From Thermodesulfobacteriota bacterium (GTDB lineage Bacteria > Desulfobacterota > Binatia > DP-6): 35,718 bases of DNA. Location: assembly GCA_046727715.1 (NCBI GenBank), contig JBKPDC010000280.1, positions 1 through 35,718 on the forward strand, written 5' to 3'. Shown one piece after another: positions 1 to 7,421 of the stretch. How positions within the stretch are numbered: the first letter of the stretch is position 1; every line of letters starts with the position of its first letter. Under the pieces are notes generated by a model. That model worked only from the letters and a program-made list of their open reading frames with translations. It was not told the origin of the DNA and did no database searches. A program made the position numbers and the translations under genes.

Positions 1-1079
1 TGATGGGTCCCGCGAATCCGCACCGGCCCCGTCCAGTACTCGATGGGAAGCGCGTGGGCAGGAGTGTCCACCATGGGCTCGGCATGCAGGTCCAGGTCCC
101 ATGCGGGGGCGCGGAGGCGGTAGCGGTGCGGGAACCAGCGCGGGCCCTCGGTGAGCATCGACATGCCGCGCACGATCCCCGGGCTGCGGATGAACTCCGG
201 GATCGTGAGCTCGACGTCGGGCGTCGCGCGCAGCTCGAAACCAGGGGCCGGTCCTTGCGCGGAGAGCCCCGTCCAGGGAACCACCGCGTTGCGTGCGTCG
301 CGCTGGTATTGGTGGAAGCAGCTCATGTCCCAGCCGTCGTCGAGCTGGACCACGCGCCACTCGCTGCGATAGCGGGTGGAGCGCCAGTCCTGGTGCGCGG
401 TGAAGTCGTCGTGCGCCCACTGGCGGTCGATCCACCCGACGTGTCCTTCCACGTCCTCGGCGTGATCGCCCCAGGTGAGACGGCCGCGCAGATCGAGGCC
501 GCTCTGGAAGTAGGAGTAGGTGCGCGGCGCACCCAGGAACATCATCTCGCCACCCAGCAGACGGCCGCCGAGCGGGGCGGGCGGGCGCGTCGCGTCGATG
601 CGCAGCTCGAGCGCCATGCGCGCCCCGTGATGGTCCACGCCGGGGAGCGTGACGTCCCAGATGAAGGGCGTGAGCTCGCCACGCGCGTCCCGCGTCTGTT
701 CCCACAGCGCGGTTCCCGCCGCGGCTTCGAAACGGAGCGCGAGGTATCCCGGCACGGCGTGGATCTTGTACCGCCGACGAATGCGCGGGGGACGCGGGAA
801 GTCGTAATCGGTGTAGGTGCCGTAGTGCCGTCGATCGAGATCGTAGAGCGCGAAGGTGTAGAAGCTCGCGCGCACCAGCTTCCGCAGCACGCGCATGTCG
901 GTGAGGATGACGATGAAGGCGAACGATCGACCGCTGACGCGCCCGCGGAGGAATCCGTCGATGAAATACGTGGCGACGCCCAGCTCGGGGCGATGGCCGT
1001 CGGCAACCGGAAGCGTGAACGACGCCGGATCTCCCCAGTCGGGCACGTATGGATAGCGCTTCCAGCCGGCGTCGTTCAC
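1..1079 (-). CDS. AttH/CrtC-like (lipocalin-like fold) protein, 3' end truncated by the window edge
   Basis: Not in the ORF track because it has no stop inside the window. Manual translation from GTG at 1079, preceded by AAGGGA: MNDAGWKRYPYVPDWG...TYSYFQSGL...VEGHVGWIDRQW...EWRVVQLDDGWD...FPHRYRL...PIEYWTGPVRIRG. The WxDxQW and YWxG motifs match AttH/CrtC/Lipocalin_9 proteins. The 3..1100 + ORF is its antisense shadow. Confidence 0.75.
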   Translation of the reverse strand, partial: MNDAGWKRYPYVPDWGDPASFTLPVADGHRPELGVATYFIDGFLRGRVSGRSFAFIVILTDMRVLRKLVRASFYTFALYDLDRRHYGTYTDYDFPRPPRIRRRYKIHAVPGYLALRFEAAAGTALWEQTRDARGELTPFIWDVTLPGVDHHGARMALELRIDATRPPAPLGGRLLGGEMMFLGAPRTYSYFQSGLDLRGRLTWGDHAEDVEGHVGWIDRQWAHDDFTAHQDWRSTRYRSEWRVVQLDDGWDMSCFHQYQRDARNAVVPWTGLSAQGPAPGFELRATPDVELTIPEFIRSPGIVRGMSMLTEGPRWFPHRYRLRAPAWDLDLHAEPMVDTPAHALPIEYWTGPVRIRGTH

Positions 1080-1152
1080 GGAGCTTCCCTTTTCGTCTGA
1101 TGGTTCGTGCCGCGCCGCGTGCTATGCCGCGCACGGTCTGCGGAGTCCAGCG

Positions 1153-1305
1153 ATGGCGCTCGCCACCGCTGCTGACTCCGGCGCGCACGCTCGCCGGGAC
1201 ACCGCGGCGGGTGTGCTCCACGATACGCTCGAAGCTCACGGCGACATCGTGACGGCGGTGGCGTGGTCGCCGGGCGGTGCACGCCTGGCCTCGGCCGCAG
1301 GTGGC
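1153..1305 (+). pseudogene. Isolated degenerate WD40 repeat fragment
   Basis: LATAADSGAHARRDTAAGVLHDTLEAHGDIVTAVAWSPGGARLASA follows the bacterial WD40 consensus (LATxxxDxxxRLWDxxTG...TLxGHxxxVxxVAWSPDGxxLAS). Only about 1.5 repeats are present, and the rest of the ORF (to 1470) loses the pattern. Confidence 0.55.
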
Positions 1306-1385
1306 CGCTCCTCCAGCTGCGGCTCGTCGGCGTGTCCGAGGGGTCGGACCAGCCGTTCGCCTCTGGCGTTGGCGCTGAGCGGGAC

Positions 1386-1700
1386 TTACACGGCGGCCGG
1401 GCGGCGACCGGCGTGGCGGGCGGGGCGCAGCAACCCCGTGCGACGGAGCGATCGCCACTGGCGCTTGTAGCAGGCGTAGCAGCGGCCGCGCGCCTGGAGC
1501 AGCTTGCGCTCGCCGCAGTCGGCACAGGGACCCAGCCGCATGCGTGCCCGGTCGGCACAGGTGGCGCACACCAGTTTTCCCGTCTTCCGGCTGCGGTGGA
1601 CCTTGCCCTTGCGAAGTCGGCAGACGCTGCATCGGCCGCCAGCCTCGCGCCCGCCGCGGCCGGCCCGCGGCGGCGCCGCGCCTCGCTTCCCCGTTGCCAT
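1386..1700 (-). CDS. Small basic protein with four CxxC motifs (putative double zinc finger), 104 aa
   Basis: ATG at 1700 with GGAGG about 10 nt upstream. Motifs CSVC, CATC, CADC, CYAC; very Arg/Lys-rich. The ORF-track start at 2147 looks like a non-coding extension. Confidence 0.7.
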   Translation of the reverse strand: MATGKRGAAPPRAGRGGREAGGRCSVCRLRKGKVHRSRKTGKLVCATCADRARMRLGPCADCGERKLLQARGRCYACYKRQWRSLRRTGLLRPARHAGRRPAAV

Positions 1701-2109
1701 TCGATGCGCCCTCCAGGTCATTCCTAGCTGATTCACATAGTGTGGGGCAAGGGTTGCGAGGGGGAAAGCTGGCATGAAACGTCCGCGGCAGCGATCGGTG
1801 CGTGGACGCCGCCCGCGCATGAGCGAATGCCATGGCGCGAGCGGGAGCCGGCGCGTCGGAGTGCGCGATGGCCGCCCGGTTGATGCGGCGGCCTCCCCGC
1901 CGTCGACTCTTATGTGTCGGGAGAGTAGTCGGAGGCCGGCGCCATCCAGAAGCGGGGGGAACCGCTCACCACCCAACGCAGGGCCGGCTGCCACGCCGTA
2001 GGCGGGGGCGATGTGCGCAATCGCAAGGACCATCGCTCCCGTGGCCCGGCTCACCGCCGCCAGAGGTCTCCGGCAGACGCGACGCGCCGGAATCCTCCCG
2101 AATTCACGT

Positions 2110-2243
2110 GACAAACACCTGCCGGACGCGCCAAGGCTGGGCACCACATTCCGCTGCCCCGGGAGTTCCCAAAGCGAAAAACCGTCGCCCCATTCGCTAC
2201 TCTGGCCACGTCATACGGATGGGAACGGCGGCGAAAAATTGCA
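2110..2243. promoter_or_regulatory. Candidate upstream activator (bEBP) boxes
   Basis: Three 14-nt imperfect palindromes resembling GNCR-N6(A-rich)-YGNC: GACAAACACCTGCC (2110-2123), AGCGAAAAACCGTC (2173-2186), GGCGAAAAATTGCA (2230-2243). They lie about 90-225 nt upstream of the sigma54 motif. Confidence 0.3.
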
Positions 2244-2333
2244 GTCGTGCCCGAACGCCCATGACGCTTTGCAGCGCCGCACGAATCAGGATCGGCTCCC
2301 TAGGGCCTCGATCGTATTTGTTGACGATTCTCG

Positions 2334-2349
2334 CGGCACGAGCGTTGCT
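2334..2349 (+). promoter_or_regulatory. sigma54 (RpoN) -24/-12 promoter of the export operon
   Basis: CGGCACGAGCGTTGCT versus consensus TGGCACGNNNNTTGCW: one mismatch, correct GG-N10-GC spacing, about 25 nt before the first plausible wza ATG. Confidence 0.7.
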
Positions 2350-2373
2350 TGGCGCAGAGGTGCGAAAACCGGA

Positions 2374-3138
2374 ATGTCGAGCACAACAGGGTTCATGAGT
2401 TTCGCCACCGGGCCATCGGCAGGTGATCGGTCGGCGCATCCGAGCATGCCCGGGCTCGGATCCGTCATGCTGGTTCTCGGCTGGGTCGCCGTGCTGAGCG
2501 GCGGATGCGCCTTCAACGCGCCGCCGGGGCGTGCCTCGGCCGATATGTCGGCCATGGTGGTCGATAGTCAATCCTATCGCATCCGCGTGGGCGACGCCCT
2601 CGACGTGCGCTTCTACAAGACCCCCGAGCTCAACGTCGAGAAGGTTCCCGTCCGCAACGACGGTAGGATCTCGCTCGACCTGATTGGCGACATCCAGGCG
2701 GCGGGGCTGGGCACGGACGAGCTCTCCGCGAGCCTGCGCAGCGCCTATTCGAAGGAGCTCGAAGATCCGCGCGTTGCGGTCATCGTCCGCGAGTTCGGGG
2801 GCCAGGTGTTCGTCGGGGGCGAGGTGGGTAAGCCGGCCGCGCTCAAGTACGCCGAGGGCATGACGGCGCTCCAGGCCATCCAGAGCGTCGGCGGCTTCAA
2901 CGACAAGGCGAGCCTCGAGAACGTCATCCTGATCCGCCGCACGACCGACCGGTACGAAGGCTATCGCCTCTTCCTCAAGCAAGCGCTCAGTGGTGATGAC
3001 TACACGCAGGACGTGGCGTTGCGGCCGAATGACGTCGTGTTCATCCCGAAGAGCCGGATCGCGAACGTGAACCTCTTGGTCGAGCAGTATATCACCAAGA
3101 ACATCCCGACCATCCCAATCGGGATACCGGTGTTCTGA
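2374..3138 (+). CDS. wza: Polysaccharide export outer-membrane lipoprotein (Wza/OPX; Poly_export + SLBB)
   Basis: Hydrophobic stretch ending LSGGC (lipobox). YRIRVGDALDVRF...VRNDGRISLDLIGDIQAAG, VFVGGEVGKP, MTALQAI..GGF, LRPNDVVFIP. Start uncertain (2374, 2395 or 2446). Confidence 0.92.
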   Translation: MSSTTGFMSFATGPSAGDRSAHPSMPGLGSVMLVLGWVAVLSGGCAFNAPPGRASADMSAMVVDSQSYRIRVGDALDVRFYKTPELNVEKVPVRNDGRISLDLIGDIQAAGLGTDELSASLRSAYSKELEDPRVAVIVREFGGQVFVGGEVGKPAALKYAEGMTALQAIQSVGGFNDKASLENVILIRRTTDRYEGYRLFLKQALSGDDYTQDVALRPNDVVFIPKSRIANVNLLVEQYITKNIPTIPIGIPVF

Positions 3139-3149
3139 GGGGGCCGAGC

Positions 3150-4628
3150 ATGAGCGTTTCGTTGCAAGAGCAGGCCGTTCTCACGCTCGTCCAGGAGGCC
3201 GTGCACGCCGTCTTCCGCCGCTGGAAGCTCATCCTCGGTGCCTATCTCGGCATCGTGTTGACCGCGATCTTCGGCATCTTCGTCATCCCCCCGACCTATC
3301 GTGCGGCGGGGAAGATCCTCTTCACCACCGACCGTGCCGAGATCTCGACCAGCGCCGATCGCGGCACCGAGCTGGTGCGGACCAACCAGGTCTCGGAGGG
3401 CGAGATGAACTCGCAGCTCCAGATCCTCCGCGCTCGTGAGCTCATCGACGGCGTGCTGGCCGACATGCAACCTCCCAAGGAGGAGGACGACCCGCCTCAG
3501 GACGCCTCGTGGGTCGGGCGGCTGCTCCACGCCCCGGTCGCGGTCGCGCGCCACGCGTACAAGCGCCTCCACGGGCTCGACAACCTGAAGAACGACGACC
3601 CGCTCTACTGGCGGTCGCGCGGCGCGCTCGAGCACCTGGAGACGCTCAACGAGAAGCCGTCGAACATCGTCGAGATCGGGTACGTCAGCGGCGACCCGGC
3701 GTGGGCGCAGGACTTCGTCAACCGCCTGATGCAGGCATACGTCGAACACCACGCGCGCATGCAACAGATCTCCGAGGCGCAGGAGTTCTTCACCACGCAG
3801 AGCGACCTGCTGCGGCAGAAGCTGAATGGCTCCGAGGCCGAGCTGCAGAAGGCGCGGGAGCGCGCTGGCTCGCTCGCCGGCCAGCAGGCCGAGGTGCACG
3901 AGCGGCTGAACGAGTTCAACGCCGACCTGTCGCGGGCGCGCATCGCGCGCGTCGAGCAGGAGCAGCGCGTGGGGTTCCTCCAGCAGACCCTGCGCGGCGC
4001 GAAGGATGGACGCGTGGCCACGCCGGAGCTGCTCGAGCTGGAGGCGAAGCGGGCCGATCTGACCGGCAGGTACAAGCCGGACAGCGAACGCGTGAAGGCG
4101 ATCGACAGCCAGATCGAACGGCTCCGCAAGGCCATCTCCGGCTACGACACCGTCACCTCCGGGTCGGGCGGCGACGCCACGGGCACCGATCTGGTCGCGG
4201 CCCAGGCGGCGCTGGCGGCCCTCAAGGGCCGCGAAGACGCGCTGGCGAAGGCGGCCGAGCAGTATCGCAAGCAGGCCGAGTTCCTCGACAGCCAGAGCTT
4301 CGACCTCGCCCGCCTCGAGCGGCAGGTCAAGCTCGACGAAGAGACCTACACGTCCTACGTCCGCTCGGCCGAGCAGTCGCGGCTGTCCAACGCGATGGAG
4401 CAGAGCAAGCTCCTGCGGCTGCGCATCATCGAGCCGGCCGAGCTGCCGCTCCAGGCGGTCGCACCGAAGAAGGGGCAGATCCTCGCGTTCGCGTTGCTCG
4501 GCGGCCTGCTCTTGAGTCTCGGGCTGGGACTGGCGCGCGACCATTTCGACACCGCGGTCAAGAGCAGCGCCGACGTCCGGCGCTACGCCAACCTCGACAC
4601 GCTGGTGACGCTCCCCGACCGTTCCTGA
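3150..4628 (+). CDS. Polysaccharide co-polymerase / chain-length determinant (GumC/Wzc N-terminal type, no fused kinase)
   Basis: N-terminal TM (RRWKLILGAYLGIVLTAIFGIFVIPPTY), long coiled-coil periplasmic region, IIEPAELP..VAPKK followed by a second TM, RDHFD. Located directly after wza. Confidence 0.9.
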   Translation: MSVSLQEQAVLTLVQEAVHAVFRRWKLILGAYLGIVLTAIFGIFVIPPTYRAAGKILFTTDRAEISTSADRGTELVRTNQVSEGEMNSQLQILRARELIDGVLADMQPPKEEDDPPQDASWVGRLLHAPVAVARHAYKRLHGLDNLKNDDPLYWRSRGALEHLETLNEKPSNIVEIGYVSGDPAWAQDFVNRLMQAYVEHHARMQQISEAQEFFTTQSDLLRQKLNGSEAELQKARERAGSLAGQQAEVHERLNEFNADLSRARIARVEQEQRVGFLQQTLRGAKDGRVATPELLELEAKRADLTGRYKPDSERVKAIDSQIERLRKAISGYDTVTSGSGGDATGTDLVAAQAALAALKGREDALAKAAEQYRKQAEFLDSQSFDLARLERQVKLDEETYTSYVRSAEQSRLSNAMEQSKLLRLRIIEPAELPLQAVAPKKGQILAFALLGGLLLSLGLGLARDHFDTAVKSSADVRRYANLDTLVTLPDRS

Positions 4629-4634
4629 GGCGGC

Positions 4635-6005
4635 ATGTATTACGAGCACTTCAGGCTTTCGGGCGAGCCGTTCAGCCTGACCCCGGATCCGGCCTTCCTC
4701 TTCCTGAGCGAGAAGCATCGCGAGGCGATGGCGGCCGTGCAATACGGCCTGGTTAACGCGCGGGGCTTCATCACACTGATCGGCGAGGTGGGTACCGGCA
4801 AGACCACCATCCTCTACAGCGTGCTCAGCCAGCTCGGCCCCGAAGTCGCCACCGCCTACATTCCCTACGTCGCGCACAGCTTCGACGATCTCCTCATGGT
4901 CGCGCTGAAGGACCTCGGGGAGGAGCCGCCGGCGGGCGCGTCGCGGCTCCACTTGCTCGAGGTGCTGCAGCGCATGCTGCTGCGCCGCGACGCGGCGGGG
5001 CAGCGCACGGCCCTGGTGATCGACGAGGCGCAGAGCCTCGGCGACGCCACGTTCGAGGAGCTCCGGCTGCTCTCCAACTTCGAAACCTACACGCACAAGC
5101 TCCTACAGATCGTGCTCGTGGGTCAGCCGGAGCTGCAGGAGCGACTGCGGCAGCAGAATCTCCGCCAGCTCCAGCAACGCGTCAGCGTCCGCGCCATCAT
5201 CAACCCGCTGGATGCCGCCGAGATGCAAGCGTACATCCTGCACCGCCTGAAGCAGGTCGGCGGGGACGAGCGGCTCTTCGAGCCGGCCGCACTGCGCGCG
5301 ATCGTGCGGCACACGCGGGGGATTCCTCGGCGCGCCAACATCCTGTGCCACAATGCACTGCTCTTTGCCTTCGGGCGCAGCCTCCCCCTGGTGACGGCGA
5401 GCGCGGCCGGCGAGGCCATCGCCGAGATGGAGGAGCGGAAGCCTGGGGTGCTCGGGCGCGGGGCCTTGCGGCGCACGTCACCGCGGCGTGTCTCGTCGTG
5501 GCGGTTTCCGGTCGGGCTCGCGACGGCCGCGGCCGTGACCGTGGTCGCTGGCGGGACCATGCTGCTTGGCGGCAAGGGCGCGACGCCGGGTGTCGGTGCC
5601 TCGGCGGCGGCGCCGCCAGTGGCACCCGTGGCGGTTACGCGGGTGTCGGCCGAGACGACCCCGGCCGCCGAGACGATTCCGGACGCCGTCGCGCCCCCGA
5701 CGCCGCCCGATGGGTCGGTGCCGGCAGTCGCCGCCGCACCGGCGACGCCGCCGGCGCCGCCCGCCCCGGTGGCTGCGGTGAGCTCCGTCCGTACGATCAA
5801 CATCCCGCCGGGTGGCAGCATCCTCGCCGCGGCGCGCGACCTCTATGGCAAGCTGCCCGGCGTGGCGCAGAGGCGGGCATTGTTGAGCGAGGTCCGACGA
5901 CTCAACCCGGGCCTACGCGACGTCAATCTCGTCAAGGCAGGCGCGACGGTGAAGTTCCCCGAGCTGCCCGAGCACACCGAAAGCGGCGAACAACCCCCCG
6001 AATGA
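4635..6005 (+). CDS. ExeA/GspA-family AAA ATPase with TM segment, Pro/Ala linker and C-terminal LysM-like domain
   Basis: MYYEHFRLSGEPFSLTPDP, Walker A GEVGTGKT, Walker B IDEAQ, LVGQPEL, GIPRRANILC. C-terminus IPPGGSILAAARDLYG...RRLNPGLRDVNLVKAGATVKFP resembles LysM. Confidence 0.88.
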   Translation: MYYEHFRLSGEPFSLTPDPAFLFLSEKHREAMAAVQYGLVNARGFITLIGEVGTGKTTILYSVLSQLGPEVATAYIPYVAHSFDDLLMVALKDLGEEPPAGASRLHLLEVLQRMLLRRDAAGQRTALVIDEAQSLGDATFEELRLLSNFETYTHKLLQIVLVGQPELQERLRQQNLRQLQQRVSVRAIINPLDAAEMQAYILHRLKQVGGDERLFEPAALRAIVRHTRGIPRRANILCHNALLFAFGRSLPLVTASAAGEAIAEMEERKPGVLGRGALRRTSPRRVSSWRFPVGLATAAAVTVVAGGTMLLGGKGATPGVGASAAAPPVAPVAVTRVSAETTPAAETIPDAVAPPTPPDGSVPAVAAAPATPPAPPAPVAAVSSVRTINIPPGGSILAAARDLYGKLPGVAQRRALLSEVRRLNPGLRDVNLVKAGATVKFPELPEHTESGEQPPE

Positions 6006-6766
6006 GCGCGTATTTCGAATCGCTGAATCGCCGCATCTCCTCACCGCCGGTGGTGAGCGCTGCGTCGGCGCCGGTCGTCGCCCCCGATCCCGTTCTCGTG
6101 CCGCAGGCCGCCCGGGTGCCGGTGCGCCGCCTCGCGCCGGGGGCGGTTCCCGCGGCGTACACCACGCTGCGCGAGCGGCTGATGGTGGCCGCCCACGGCA
6201 AGGCGCTCAAGGCTCTGGTGTTCGCCGGGTGCGACGGCGGTGAAGGATGCACGCAGGTGGTGCGCGAGTTCTCCGAGAGTCTCGCCAGCGCCGGGCTGAA
6301 CGTGCTGCTCGTGGATGCGGATCTCCGCACCGCCGGCCTCACCGCCAGCCTGGCAGCGCATGGCGCGGACCTCACCGAGCTCGTGCGCGCCAAGGAGGTC
6401 CCGCCGGCCACCCCCTGGGGGCGCGGCCGGATCACCGTCGCACCCAGTCCGGCTGGCGTGGCGGACAAGGAATCGTTCCTCCGCTCGCCCGAATTGGCGT
6501 TTTGGCTTGACATGCTACGAGTCACATTCGATTATACGTTTCTGGATGCACCGCCGATCCTGCGCCACGCCGACGGCACCCTCGCAAGCCTCTTCTGCGA
6601 CGGGGTCGTTCTCGTCGCGAGGGCCGGCGTCACGCGCGGGGAAGCCCTGGCACGGGCCCGACATCAGATCGAGCGGGCCGGGGGAAACGTGCTCGGCGTG
6701 GTGTTGAACCAGGTACGCAATCCGGTTCCGGTCTTTCTCCGGCGCTACCTGGTTAGAGCAGAGTAA
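6002..6766 (+). CDS. Stand-alone BY-kinase-like (CpsD/CapB family) protein with degenerate Walker A
   Basis: ATG overlaps the upstream TGA. AYTTLRERL, GEGCT (canonical GEGKT), VLLVDADLR, FLDAPP, DGVVLVARAG, VLGVVLN. Confidence 0.85.
   Translation: MSAYFESLNRRISSPPVVSAASAPVVAPDPVLVPQAARVPVRRLAPGAVPAAYTTLRERLMVAAHGKALKALVFAGCDGGEGCTQVVREFSESLASAGLNVLLVDADLRTAGLTASLAAHGADLTELVRAKEVPPATPWGRGRITVAPSPAGVADKESFLRSPELAFWLDMLRVTFDYTFLDAPPILRHADGTLASLFCDGVVLVARAGVTRGEALARARHQIERAGGNVLGVVLNQVRNPVPVFLRRYLVRAE
6507..6535 (+). promoter_or_regulatory. Candidate internal sigma70 promoter
   Basis: TTGACA (6507-6512), 17 nt spacer, GATTAT (6530-6535). It sits in an AT-rich patch inside the kinase-like gene, about 300 nt upstream of the antiterminator gene. 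Confidence 0.5.
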
Positions 6767-6840
6767 GTCAGAAAGATCATAGTCAGCAAGGCGGCGAGCG
6801 AAGGACTCCGGGGAGGGAGGCCGATCTCGTCGGGAGGAAG

Positions 6841-7371
6841 ATGTCGGCTCGACACGTTTCGTGCCCGTATGGCGGAGCTGCCTCCGGTGGCGAGGGCTGG
6901 ATGGTCGTCCAGGCAAAGCGTCACAAGGAGCGCGCGGTCCAGACGAACCTGGCACGCGAAGGCATTGCCACCTACCTGCCGTTGCTACGTCAGTGGCCGC
7001 GTCCCGCGGTCGGTGGCGACATCGGTCCCATGTTCCCGGGCTACGTCTTCTGCCAGCCCGTCCCCGGGCAGCTCAGCGCCGTCACCACCTGCTGCGGCGT
7101 CGTGCGGCTGGTGAACTTCGGCGACGGTCCGGCTCGCGTCGGGGCCGAGGTCGTCGCCTACCTGCGCGACCGCGCGGGAGCCGACGGGGTGATCGAGATC
7201 GACCCGGTGGTCGCCGGGCGGGCGGTCACGATCACCGACGGGCCGCTCCGTGGCCTCGCGGCGATCGTCGAGCGACGCCTGACCGCGCGGCAGCGGGTCC
7301 TGGTGCTCCTCGAACTACTGCAGCGCCAGACCCGGGTCGAGCTGCCCGAACGCTGGCTCCGCCTGGCGTGA
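6841..7371 (+). CDS. NusG-family transcription antiterminator (RfaH/UpxY-like; NGN + KOW)
   Basis: WMVVQAKRHKE...NL..EGI.TYLP, PMFPGYVF, GVVRLVNFG, KOW VTITDGPLRGL. GGAGG just upstream. Confidence 0.9.
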   Translation: MSARHVSCPYGGAASGGEGWMVVQAKRHKERAVQTNLAREGIATYLPLLRQWPRPAVGGDIGPMFPGYVFCQPVPGQLSAVTTCCGVVRLVNFGDGPARVGAEVVAYLRDRAGADGVIEIDPVVAGRAVTITDGPLRGLAAIVERRLTARQRVLVLLELLQRQTRVELPERWLRLA

Positions 7372-7421
7372 CGCCCCGGATCGCGCCCGCGCATCATCTC
7401 TCTGCACGACACAGGCATTCC

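Noticed and set aside
116-128. Exact ops-like GGCGGTAG(CGGTG)
   Set aside because: Lies antisense within a coding gene, more than 2 kb upstream of the predicted operon promoter; likely chance in GC-rich DNA.
3-1100. 365-aa + strand ORF
   Set aside because: Codon-register antisense shadow of the minus-strand AttH/CrtC-like gene; no motifs of its own.
1885-1945. Resemblance of the minus strand (GCCTCCGACTA...GACGGCGGGG) to the c-di-GMP-I riboswitch P3 arm
   Set aside because: The upstream GGCAAACC-GNRA-GGACGCAAA P2 arm is absent.
1701-2147. N-terminal extension of the zinc-finger ORF and other ORFs in the divergent spacer (1774-2001, 1832-2398, 2011-2373)
   Set aside because: Low-complexity Arg/Pro/Ala translations; a better RBS exists at the 1700 start, and the sigma54 motif falls inside the 2011 extension.
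2060-2170. Minus-strand GGGAA...GCCGGAGACCT reminiscent of a cobalamin riboswitch
   Set aside because: Core elements (GGTG-AA-TCC, GCCCCCGC-ACTGT, GCCACTG) are missing, and the downstream gene is not B12-related.
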